Shown here in pieces: positions 1-8,234 of a DNA stretch of 10,508 nt (position 1 is its first letter; each line of letters opens with the position of its first letter). Under the pieces are notes generated by a model. It had not been told where the DNA came from. It saw only the letters and a list, made by a program, of their open reading frames with translations, and made no database searches. Source of the stretch: Chlamydiota bacterium (GTDB lineage: Bacteria > Chlamydiota > Chlamydiia > Chlamydiales > SM23-39); NCBI GenBank assembly GCA_039179045.1, contig JBCDEZ010000043.1, positions 1 through 10,508 of the forward strand, written 5' to 3'. A program made the position numbers and the translations under genes.

Positions 1-51
1 CTCTTTTTACCAATTCTCGGTTAACTCTTTTCCAATCACATTTTCGCATCA

Positions 52-86
52 GAAGCTCCTTAGATTTTTTATAGATAAGGAGCTTC
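52..86. terminator. 11-bp perfect inverted repeat, possible intrinsic terminator
   Basis: GAAGCTCCTTA (52-62) is the exact reverse complement of TAAGGAGCTTC (76-86), with a 13-nt loop. On + it is followed by an imperfect T-rich tail (gcttgtttat). The upstream gene lies outside the window. Confidence 0.4.
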
Positions 87-213
87 GCTTGTTTATGGGC
101 TTTTTATCAAGGTTTTCCTAGAGATTTTTTCAACAACGCCAATGCTTTTCCATCTTTCTTTTGAATAATATATGGCTTTTTTTGATTTATATGGGGGCTA
201 TGAGGCTTTCCTG

Positions 214-236
214 GCATTACCTATTTAAGACTACCG
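214..236 (+). repeat. 23-bp direct repeat, copy 1; resembles an IS1-family terminal inverted repeat (right end)
   Basis: GCATTACCTATTTAAGACTACCG matches 9121-9143 at 22/23 positions. It reads A-L-P-I-stop followed by GACTACC, and its reverse complement starts (C)GGTAGT. The IS1 assignment is from recall of IS1-family ends, not from a search. Confidence 0.6.
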
Positions 237-254
237 GATAATGCGCGATTCGCG

Positions 255-260
255 TATAAT
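255..260 (+). promoter_or_regulatory. Candidate -10 box (TATAAT) for the Inc-like gene
   Basis: Perfect TATAAT 10 nt upstream of ATG 271, overlapping an imperfect palindrome at 241-257. No good -35 at 16-18 nt spacing. Confidence 0.35.
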
Positions 261-270
261 ATTTTTTATT

Positions 271-1182
271 ATGGATAGTGTTTCTTTTCTGCTAGCGTCT
301 CCCTACTCTCCCGGAGGATTCATACAGAATCTAACTAGTACTCACTGTATCAATGAAATAATAGAAAAACAAGCTTCAACAATCTTTACAAGATTCTCTC
401 TAAACGAGGATCAGCTTGAAAATTATCCTTACTCTCTACATCTTCTGGAGAAACGAATCCGGACATTTAGTAACAGTATCGTCATCGGCTCCATGAGCCT
501 GATCATTCCTATTTGGGTGTACAGTCAAAGTGTGTTCCTTGTTTGTGCGCTAGGGTTGGTTGCTATAGCCGTATTAGCATTGACTCTATTGACTGCGATT
601 GAAGTAGTTCGGAGAACACCATCTATAGGGGAGGTGTATGCAAAAAATCGCATACTGTACACTGCCTTTAGAACAGCAGAACAAAAAGTCCCATTGGACC
701 CCTTTTTGCGAGGGGCGTACGAAGCACTTATAGGTGAAAGGATTCAAGCTCCTGGTTTACGGTCTGCTTTTGATAAAGCAAATTTACAAGATACAGCAAC
801 AAGACTGCTATCTGGGTCTACAGATGCCCAAAAATTGTTGGAAGAATCTGATCCTGGCATTTATCACTATTACATCATGAAACTCATTTTCCTCTACTCT
901 GCTGGAGAGCTGCATGAATCTGATGGTCTACCGCAAATAGAACAAGGCGGCTTGTTTACACAAAAAACAGAGGCTTTCATCTTGTCTATACGGAGTCGGT
1001 TAAAGAGAAATGAAATAGGGGAAAGTCAATTGAAAGAATGTGCAAATTTATTCAATGGGTGCGAAATCAATCATCAAGCGATTCCAGACTTCTTTAAAGA
1101 AGGTTTGGATGAAGTCGTGTATTTAGAAATACGCGCTAGCAACAATGTGATCCCGTTTTTACAGTGGGCGCTCACGCAATAG
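271..1182 (+). CDS. Hypothetical membrane protein with an Inc-like bilobed hydrophobic domain
   Basis: ORF 241..1182 (313 aa). ATG 271 (MDSVSF...) is preferred because TATAAT lies at 255-260. One ~44-aa hydrophobic segment (IVIGSMSLIIPIWVY-SQS-VFLVCALGLVAIAVLALTLLTAIEVV, nt ~478-609) is split by a short polar turn and followed by a long soluble tail. No enzyme motif recognised. Confidence 0.7.
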   Translation: MDSVSFLLASPYSPGGFIQNLTSTHCINEIIEKQASTIFTRFSLNEDQLENYPYSLHLLEKRIRTFSNSIVIGSMSLIIPIWVYSQSVFLVCALGLVAIAVLALTLLTAIEVVRRTPSIGEVYAKNRILYTAFRTAEQKVPLDPFLRGAYEALIGERIQAPGLRSAFDKANLQDTATRLLSGSTDAQKLLEESDPGIYHYYIMKLIFLYSAGELHESDGLPQIEQGGLFTQKTEAFILSIRSRLKRNEIGESQLKECANLFNGCEINHQAIPDFFKEGLDEVVYLEIRASNNVIPFLQWALTQ

Positions 1183-1514
1183 CAGACAGCAGATTCTTTG
1201 CCATAAATCCTATTAGACTCCATTTATAAATAAAAATATTTTTCACACAGCGTGTTCCTTTTTTGCTCACATCTTCGGTGCCTGGAACAGCTATTTCAAA
1301 AAGGAAAAAGGAGCATCGCTCTTGAGTATGAGCTAGGCTGCAATGGAATGTCCCTTCTTTCGAAAAAACTCTAGGAGCAAAGCGCTCGATAGAGATGAAG
1401 CATTATAGATGACACCGAAACCTCCAGCGAAGTAGACGCATTCTAGCCTGCAGCCTCTTTTTTCAAGAAAGTATTTGTAGAGATTTTCTCAAAACTAGGG
1501 GGAAATGATGTAAA

Positions 1515-4500
1515 TCAGTAGTGATGACTCCATCGGATCGAAAACTGCCCTTGTTCTTGCTGTTGGATCGTCTCTGCTTGAAAAATAAATCCCTTCCAAA
1601 GATCTACTTGGATACCCACATTGCTCGATCTCTCTTCAAGACCTTGGCTTACTGTAACCAATACACCGTCAATCACATATTTACCCACTTGAAGAGCAGA
1701 ACTTTCGGAACTCGTATCTTTTTCGTCTTGCCGGTAACCGGGTGTGTGGACTACGGAAAAACGATCGATTCCAAGTGTACTCCGTGTTGCTTGGAATACG
1801 TCGGGACCCTTTCCAGAAAGGGAGGCGGCACTTCCTGCCAACACCGCTGTCTGGAAGACGCTGAGCTCGGAGAGATCCTCTCCAAAAATCAAGAGAGATA
1901 GAAGGGAAGAGAGGGGGAGGGGAGGTGTGGAAGTAAATCGTAGCTCTGGCCTCTCGAGTGTTCCTTGCAAGGCGGCTGTAATGCTGGTTCCTAAAACGTT
2001 GGTTGTTGCCACAATCGAGAGAAGGGGAATTTTTTGCTGAGGCCTGAAGGTGAATCTTCCTTCGGTAAGGTCAAAAGAGCGTCCTGCAAAAACGAAATTT
2101 CCCTGGCTAAGAGCAAGTGTTCCACTAGGGCGGATATCGTTGTAGGTTCCTCCCACCAAAAATTTACCACGCCAGCGAGATGTGAGCCCTCTTCCTTCAA
2201 TGGATACAGAGCTTTTGGTAGATACATCAATATCGAGATCGAGAGGATACTCCATAGACGATGCTTCATTGGGATTTTTCGAGTCTGCTTTTTTCAGGGG
2301 AATCTCAGGAATTCGTGGAGGCAGGGAGTCGGGAATCAAAAAGCGCGCTTGGACCACTTCGACGCTCCCCTCTGCTCGTGCACCTTTTTTTGTTCCTTGC
2401 AATTGCACCACACCGCTTGCACTAACGAGCGCCATGGGAATATCTAAGATGAGCAGATCTTCTATCACTAGAGATGCGGCAAAAAACGACTTCTCGGTTG
2501 CGCGTGGACGGAGCGTGCCTGTTCCGTAAAAGGTGCCTCCACTGCCATCGAATCCCTCTAAAGAGGCAAAAAGAGGCTGAGAGCCTTGTCCCTCAATTTT
2601 CAAAGAGATCTCTTCAAAATAACTCCCTGTAAAGTAGTTTTCGTACATGCCGTTTTTGCAAAGCAAACTGCCTTCCAAATGGGGATGAGCGGGACTACCT
2701 GCCCAATGCATGTTCGTATACACATCCCCCGCGAAGCGGTGTGCGCCTGTATTGAGCAGGTCGAGCAAGTATTCCGCTCTTCCGTCGTAAAATAGGTTTC
2801 CTTTCCAAGGAGAGATGGAGCCGGTATCTCCTTGCAAAAGAGCAAAAGGAACACTTCCTGAGCAGGTACACACTCCCTCTTCTTCTAGCTCTACAGAAAG
2901 GGAAAACACCACATCGTCTCCTTCGTAAGAGGCGCTTGCTTCCCCTCTATAAAGCGTCTCTTCGGGAGAGTTAGGAAAGCAGCGCAGCTCTTCGATGGAC
3001 AAAGAACCGCTCCCCGCGATGTTTTCTCCTCTTTCTTGGTACGTTAGATTCAAAGAACCCAACCCCGATGTAGTGATCTCGTAGGGGTTGAAAGAGAGTA
3101 AACTCAAAGGGATATCCACCCCTTCCAATCCCACTTGTACCTGATCTTGAGAAGCGCGCATCTCGCCTGCCAAAAAACCCTTTGGAAAGAGGATGCGGAA
3201 GGGAGAAAAAGACCAGATATTCTCGCCCAGTTCGATGGACAAAGGCTCCTCAAGGAAACAGGAAGCATCTTCGTAAGATAGAGAAAATTCTTGGAGATTG
3301 AGTAAAAAATCTTCAGATGAGAAGGTCCAAAATCCTTGCGCAGCGCAAGAAAGAGGAGTTGTGGACGTGCCCTTGAGATGGAGGAAAAACGGATGGTTTT
3401 CTCCATTATTGCTGATTTGAAGAGCTACTTCATCTAGTAAATGGCTCCGGTAGCGCATGTTCTTCAGAAAAACTTCGAATTGGTAGTCTGGATTTTCCCA
3501 ACCCACACTTTTGCCCCGCACCTCTGCAGTCTCTGACATCAGATTAGAAAAAAAGACCTCTGCAAGAGAAGCAGTAAAGAGAATCTCTTGCCGCTTTTGT
3601 CCCTCCCATTCCACAAAAAGATCGAGATTGCTCTGGAGCGACTCTCCCCTTAGAGGAAAGGAACATTTTTCTGCAACCAGACGGGTACTGCCTTGGATGA
3701 AGCCCTTTGGATCGATCCGTATCCCTGCTTGCACTTTTCCCCAATAAGAAGAAAGAGAAAAATCCTCCAGAAAAAGCCCCTCTTCTTGAGCCAAACTGAG
3801 AAGGCCCGATCCTACAATACTTTGTCCTCGAGCGCTGCCTCCGATATAGAGCTCCCCCGATAATTTTCCGTTCTCAAAAGATGCCTCGTAATCGAGAGTG
3901 GTGCGGTTCAACCGGTATCCTTGCACATCGAACCCGTCTACTTCTGTTTGGACGCGCGCCTCCCAATTCTCCGAGATATTTTGCAAGGAGAGGCCTCCTT
4001 GCAAAACTCCCCCCTCAATTCCCCCGATTCCCTCTAATTTGTAGTCTTCTAAATTCGCACGCGCCTCTCCAAATATGCCTCCTTTTTTCAAAGAGAGGCT
4101 GCAGGGAAGTTCGACTTTGGTTGAGCTTACGCGTACATTCTCCGTGAAAAGAGAGCGGTCGGAAAAAAGATACACTTTGCCAAAGAGCTTGCCGTCCTCT
4201 CCCAGAATTGTGCGGATGTCCTCAGCCGCACTTGTAGAAAAGGCACCCCAGAGAGTCCCTTCTAGGGGAAGGGGATCTCTTGTAGGGAAAAAAAGGAGTC
4301 TTTTGAGTGCTGCATCTTCGAAAACTAGATTCATGTAAGCTGTGCCAGTCAAAAGATTCTTCTCTGAAAAGACACGCCCCTCGATCTGCAAAGAGCACGC
4401 TCCGATGCTCTGATCACGGCTACTGAGGGAAAACCGAGCCTGCCCTTTTGCGAAAGTGACCTTCCCCTTGCAAGAGATCGACTCGAGCCCTTTTCCCAGA

Positions 4501-4973
4501 AACAAAAATCCTTGCAAAGAGCAGGAGGGGAGTCTTCGATCAAAGACCACACGCTCTAGAGAAAAATTCTCAATAGCGAGAGCTCTAGGAAATAAGGATA
4601 GAAGATCGGAGGGCACCTCAGCGCTATTTCTCTCATCCCAAAACTCGCAGACAAGATCTTGCGAGCGCAGCCGACTCACTCCCCATTGTCCTTGAAGAAG
4701 CCTCCAGACACTTGGAGAAAAGGTGCACGATTTTGCAAAAAGAGAGTACCCTGGACCTTGAATGGAGAGGTCTTCTATATGAAACGAGAGGGGCATCAAG
4801 CCAGAAAGACGGGAAAATTGCACCTCTATACCCTGCTCTTGGAACGTTTTTTGAAGACGCTGTTCAATCGCCTTTTTCGTATAAGGCAACTGAAACAGGC
4901 CGGCTAGAGCAAGAAGCAATCCTAGCAGGGCCCAGGAACATTTTAGAAAATAGCGTAGAAGGGAATAGATCAA
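1515..4973 (-). CDS. tamB: Translocation and assembly module TamB (DUF490/AsmA-like) protein
   Basis: 1152 aa with an N-terminal membrane anchor (WALLGLLLALAGLF) and a long Gly/hydrophobic beta-rich body. The C-terminus is DUF490-like (LDLDIDV...SIEGRGL...GTLALSQGNFVFAGRSFDLTEGRFTF...LQVGKYV) and ends in an amphipathic strand with an aromatic last residue (FSIRWSHHY). Its TTG start overlaps the TGA stop of the upstream Omp85 gene. Confidence 0.9.
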   Translation of the reverse strand: MIYSLLRYFLKCSWALLGLLLALAGLFQLPYTKKAIEQRLQKTFQEQGIEVQFSRLSGLMPLSFHIEDLSIQGPGYSLFAKSCTFSPSVWRLLQGQWGVSRLRSQDLVCEFWDERNSAEVPSDLLSLFPRALAIENFSLERVVFDRRLPSCSLQGFLFLGKGLESISCKGKVTFAKGQARFSLSSRDQSIGACSLQIEGRVFSEKNLLTGTAYMNLVFEDAALKRLLFFPTRDPLPLEGTLWGAFSTSAAEDIRTILGEDGKLFGKVYLFSDRSLFTENVRVSSTKVELPCSLSLKKGGIFGEARANLEDYKLEGIGGIEGGVLQGGLSLQNISENWEARVQTEVDGFDVQGYRLNRTTLDYEASFENGKLSGELYIGGSARGQSIVGSGLLSLAQEEGLFLEDFSLSSYWGKVQAGIRIDPKGFIQGSTRLVAEKCSFPLRGESLQSNLDLFVEWEGQKRQEILFTASLAEVFFSNLMSETAEVRGKSVGWENPDYQFEVFLKNMRYRSHLLDEVALQISNNGENHPFFLHLKGTSTTPLSCAAQGFWTFSSEDFLLNLQEFSLSYEDASCFLEEPLSIELGENIWSFSPFRILFPKGFLAGEMRASQDQVQVGLEGVDIPLSLLSFNPYEITTSGLGSLNLTYQERGENIAGSGSLSIEELRCFPNSPEETLYRGEASASYEGDDVVFSLSVELEEEGVCTCSGSVPFALLQGDTGSISPWKGNLFYDGRAEYLLDLLNTGAHRFAGDVYTNMHWAGSPAHPHLEGSLLCKNGMYENYFTGSYFEEISLKIEGQGSQPLFASLEGFDGSGGTFYGTGTLRPRATEKSFFAASLVIEDLLILDIPMALVSASGVVQLQGTKKGARAEGSVEVVQARFLIPDSLPPRIPEIPLKKADSKNPNEASSMEYPLDLDIDVSTKSSVSIEGRGLTSRWRGKFLVGGTYNDIRPSGTLALSQGNFVFAGRSFDLTEGRFTFRPQQKIPLLSIVATTNVLGTSITAALQGTLERPELRFTSTPPLPLSSLLSLLIFGEDLSELSVFQTAVLAGSAASLSGKGPDVFQATRSTLGIDRFSVVHTPGYRQDEKDTSSESSALQVGKYVIDGVLVTVSQGLEERSSNVGIQVDLWKGFIFQAETIQQQEQGQFSIRWSHHY

Positions 4974-6730
4974 AATGTGGGTCCTATACTGATGTAGATT
5001 TTGTACCTACTTTGGTGCGCATCCCGTTTTCTTAAAGGGAAACCCACATCGAGACGGATCGGACCAAAAAAGAGGAAATATCGCAGCCCAATCCCCACTG
5101 AAGTAAACCACTTCCCTCTCCATGTGGGAAACCCATCGCTCCCCACTTTTCCCAGATCGAAAAAGGGGACAAGCCCAATCTGGTCGCTTACGCGCATGCG
5201 CAGCTCTATGTTTCCGTAGAGGGCCGACTTGCCTCCTATAGGATCCCTTTTTTCGTCTGTTGGGCCCACGGTTTTGTACCGGTAGCCTCGGAGATTTTCA
5301 TCAGACCCACCTAAAAAACGCTTGTTGAATGGAATACTCTGCAAAGAAGCTCCTGCAAGAGAGCCTATCTGGGCGCGTAGCGCTAAAACCAGCGCTTTTT
5401 TCGGGAAAAGAGGAATGTAATGAGTTGCAGTAAGGATCTGCTCTAAGAAGCTACCAGAGTTACCTGAAACCCCGAGATAGGGCGCGAGCTTGTAGAGGAT
5501 GGAAAATCCTCGGGTAGGCTGCAAGACGTGATTCACTCTTTGGTAGCGGGCAATTCCATTCAAATGTACGAAAGAATAACTACCATTTGAAATCGAATTG
5601 TCGATCTTGATGTACTCGTAGCCCATTCCTTGCGCTGCGAATAGGTGCTTTCCGTATTGCGCCTCCACACGCTGCAAACCTGCGTAGGTGCGCGCGGTGT
5701 ATACGGTTACATCTTCACGGCTAAAAGCTCCTTGAGCAAGGTAGGTCTGTTGCATACGAAAAAAATCAGGAACGGTATAGCTCAAACTCCCAGCACTGTA
5801 AACTGAAGAGAGATTGAGATCAAAAGCGGCAGTTTGCCCTTGGCCGCCTATGTTCCGGTTTTCCCACTCTAAAGCTCCTCCAGGTCCATCCAATGTAGCG
5901 TAGGAAAGGCCGATGCTGATCGTCTTGTGTTTTGCTTCTGAAAGAGTCAGATGCACAGGAAGTTCTCCCTCTTCGAGCTCCTCTTGATGAGAGAAAAATA
6001 CCGAGCTAAATAACCCGGTTTCCATGAGCGTTTTTTGCGAACTGGCAACAAGCCTCTCATCGTACCACTCTCCTTCTTCAAATGCGATTCTTCGGGAAAT
6101 AAAATCGGGGTGTACCGATTTTGTCCCCTCAATGATTAAAGGGCCAAAACGCGTTTTGGGCCCACTTTGCACCTCTAAAAAACCCGACAGCGTCTTATCT
6201 TGGGGATTGAGAGCATACGAAGTTTTCCTAACACATGCGAGGGGGTAGTGGTGATCTGCTAAGAAGCGTAGAATTTTTTGCGGAAGAGCCAAGATCTCCT
6301 CCGAGCGGAACGGCTTACCTGCTCGAATACCCCATCTATCCAAAGGAATTTCGGGTTTGTCTTTGGGAGCTACGTATGCGAGGGAAAAAGGACCGATTGT
6401 GTATCGGAAGCGGGGAGAGATTGCAATCTCGACTAAAACGGGTTGTTGCTCTTTTTGGATCTCCCAGTAGATATGCGCATCGTAATAGCCGTAGGCTTCC
6501 AACACGCGTAACATATTGGGAATATCAGAAGCGATTCTGTACTGCAGAGCTCTTGTCGAGGGAGGGGGGCGCTTTTGTAAGAGCACCAATTCAGAGGTTT
6601 TGCGTAGGGAAACCTCGATCTCTGGTTCTTCGATACCCACAAATGCGACGTTGTAAGGGACGCTTGCAAAGAGAGAACTGTAGAGAAAAATGAAGGTATA
6701 CCGTTTCATGAACGATTGCAAAACTTCCAT
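4970..6730 (-). CDS. tamA: Omp85/BamA-TamA family outer-membrane protein, TamA-like
   Basis: 586 aa, or 579 aa from the alternative ATG at 6709, which gives the signal peptide MKRYTFIFLYSSLFA. It has POTRA-like motifs (LEAYGYY, HHYPLA, GPKTRFG, LMETGLFSSV), the loop-6 motif RFLGGSDENLRGY, GIGLRY...GPIRLDVGFP and a C-terminal beta-signal IYISIGPTF. Its size and position directly upstream of tamB fit TamA rather than BamA. Confidence 0.88.
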   Translation of the reverse strand: MEVLQSFMKRYTFIFLYSSLFASVPYNVAFVGIEEPEIEVSLRKTSELVLLQKRPPPSTRALQYRIASDIPNMLRVLEAYGYYDAHIYWEIQKEQQPVLVEIAISPRFRYTIGPFSLAYVAPKDKPEIPLDRWGIRAGKPFRSEEILALPQKILRFLADHHYPLACVRKTSYALNPQDKTLSGFLEVQSGPKTRFGPLIIEGTKSVHPDFISRRIAFEEGEWYDERLVASSQKTLMETGLFSSVFFSHQEELEEGELPVHLTLSEAKHKTISIGLSYATLDGPGGALEWENRNIGGQGQTAAFDLNLSSVYSAGSLSYTVPDFFRMQQTYLAQGAFSREDVTVYTARTYAGLQRVEAQYGKHLFAAQGMGYEYIKIDNSISNGSYSFVHLNGIARYQRVNHVLQPTRGFSILYKLAPYLGVSGNSGSFLEQILTATHYIPLFPKKALVLALRAQIGSLAGASLQSIPFNKRFLGGSDENLRGYRYKTVGPTDEKRDPIGGKSALYGNIELRMRVSDQIGLVPFFDLGKVGSDGFPTWRGKWFTSVGIGLRYFLFFGPIRLDVGFPLRKRDAHQSRYKIYISIGPTF

Positions 6731-6746
6731 TTATTTTTGATCTTCC

Positions 6747-6772
6747 TATAATCCATTTTTATTGAAAAGGAG
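6747..6772 (+). promoter_or_regulatory. Candidate -10 box and Shine-Dalgarno site for hemL
   Basis: TATAAT at 6747-6752 and AGGAG at 6768-6772, 5 nt before ATG 6778, in the short divergent tamA/hemL spacer. The -35 is not convincing. Confidence 0.5.
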
Positions 6773-6777
6773 TTTAT

Positions 6778-8070
6778 ATGGAGTCTTCGATCGCACTCAA
6801 TCGAGATATTTTTACAAGAGCACTGCACGTTTTGCCAGGAGGAGTAAGCTCTCCTATTCGCTCTTGGAAAGAACTTCCTTTATCTCCTTTTGTGCCCGCT
6901 CGGGGAAAGGGCGCGCAATTGGTAGATATAGAGGGCAAAATATACATCGATTACTGTATGAGCTTTGGCGCTCTAATTTTAGGCCATGCGCATCCCAAGC
7001 CCTCTCTTGCAGCCGCAGGCGCGCTCATGCGCGGATCCACCTATGGACTGACCACAGCAACTGAAGTGCAACTGGCAGAATTTATCGTAAAGCACACCTT
7101 CTGTGAGCAGGTGCGATTTGTCTCTTCGGGCACCGAAGCGCTCTCCACGATCATTCGGATTGCAAGAGGTGTGACAAAACGCCCTTTGGTCGTGAAGTTT
7201 GAAGGGAATTATCACGGACATATCGATGCTTTGCTTTTGGAGGCGGGGTCGTATGCAAGTGAATTGACAGCAACTCCCTCTGCAGGCATCACCAGATCTT
7301 CGGTTTGCGATACAATTGCGCTTCCCTACAATGATGAGGAGGCAGCCTGCCGCGTTTTTTCTTCTCCTGAACTTGCCTCCCGGATCGCTCTTGTTCTCAT
7401 CGAACCTGTTGCAGGCAACATGGGTGTGGTTCCAGCAAAACTCTCCTTTTTAGAGTATCTTCGCAAACAGACACGCACGATTGGAGCGCTTCTTTGCTTT
7501 GACGAGGTGATCTCAGGATTTCGTGTGCATCCGCAAGGAGCTAGTGGCTTATACGGAGTGATTCCCGATTTGGTTGCCTACGGAAAAATCGTAGGAGGTG
7601 GTTTTCCAGCCGCCTGTGTTGGAGGTAGCAAAACCATCATGGAAGAATTGGCTCCCCTAGGTGAGGTGTTCCAGGCGGGGACTCTCTCAGGCAATCCTGT
7701 TGCTCTCGCTGCAGGCGCAGCTACCTTACAAGAGATATTCCAACCAGGTACCTACGAAAAGCTCGAAGCAAAAACTGCCTTTTTACTCGATCCCATTGAA
7801 CGCATATTGCAAGACACACCTCACAGCCTAGTACGAGTAGGTTCGATGTTTTCCCTTTTTTTCTACGAAAAATACCCCCGAAAAAAACCGGCTTTTCTTC
7901 CCAAAAGTAGAACAGCTTTTGCGCAATTTTTCCAAGAATTACTTCAAGAGGGAATCTATTTTTCCCCCGCTCTTACAGAATCGCAATTTGTGAGCATGGC
8001 ACATACAGAACAGGATCTGCTCAAAACAAGGGACGTTCTCATCGAAGCTCTGTCTCGCTTGGACGTCTAA
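6778..8070 (+). CDS. hemL: Glutamate-1-semialdehyde 2,1-aminomutase (PLP-dependent, class III aminotransferase fold)
   Basis: 430 aa with canonical HemL motifs: PGGVSSPIR, YIDYCMSFGALILGHAHP, RFVSSGTEA, KFEGNYHGH, EPVAGNMG, FDEVISGFR, GKIVGGGFP (PLP lysine) and QAGTLSGNP. Good SD. Confidence 0.96.
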   Translation: MESSIALNRDIFTRALHVLPGGVSSPIRSWKELPLSPFVPARGKGAQLVDIEGKIYIDYCMSFGALILGHAHPKPSLAAAGALMRGSTYGLTTATEVQLAEFIVKHTFCEQVRFVSSGTEALSTIIRIARGVTKRPLVVKFEGNYHGHIDALLLEAGSYASELTATPSAGITRSSVCDTIALPYNDEEAACRVFSSPELASRIALVLIEPVAGNMGVVPAKLSFLEYLRKQTRTIGALLCFDEVISGFRVHPQGASGLYGVIPDLVAYGKIVGGGFPAACVGGSKTIMEELAPLGEVFQAGTLSGNPVALAAGAATLQEIFQPGTYEKLEAKTAFLLDPIERILQDTPHSLVRVGSMFSLFFYEKYPRKKPAFLPKSRTAFAQFFQELLQEGIYFSPALTESQFVSMAHTEQDLLKTRDVLIEALSRLDV

Positions 8071-8234
8071 ACGCAATCTTCTCACTAGGTAAAAACTTTT
8101 CGGTCTCAAGGAAATGCAACGCCTATTTGTAAGAAAAATCTCGACCTGTTTGAAACAGCATCCAGATTCTTGCATGGATTTCGGTAGAAAAAATTCTTTT
8201 GACCTGCTAAAAACAATGAAAAATTTTTTGTTTT

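Noticed and set aside
1183..1514. tRNA, tmRNA, RNase P or SRP RNA identity for the structured intergenic region
   Set aside because: I found none of the diagnostic sequence motifs (T-loop GTTCGA with CCA end, GAGGAAAGTCC, SRP GGAA/AGCAG loop). It is kept only as an unassigned candidate.
1521..5219. Numerous 60-140 aa ORFs overlapping tamB and the end of tamA on both strands
   Set aside because: They are shadow or alternate frames of a long, motif-supported CDS, with no recognisable motifs of their own.
5947..7221. Short ORFs overlapping tamA and hemL (e.g. 6235..6693, 6762..7064, 6979..7221)
   Set aside because: They are wholly or almost wholly nested in well-supported genes and have atypical Arg/Ser/Cys-rich composition.
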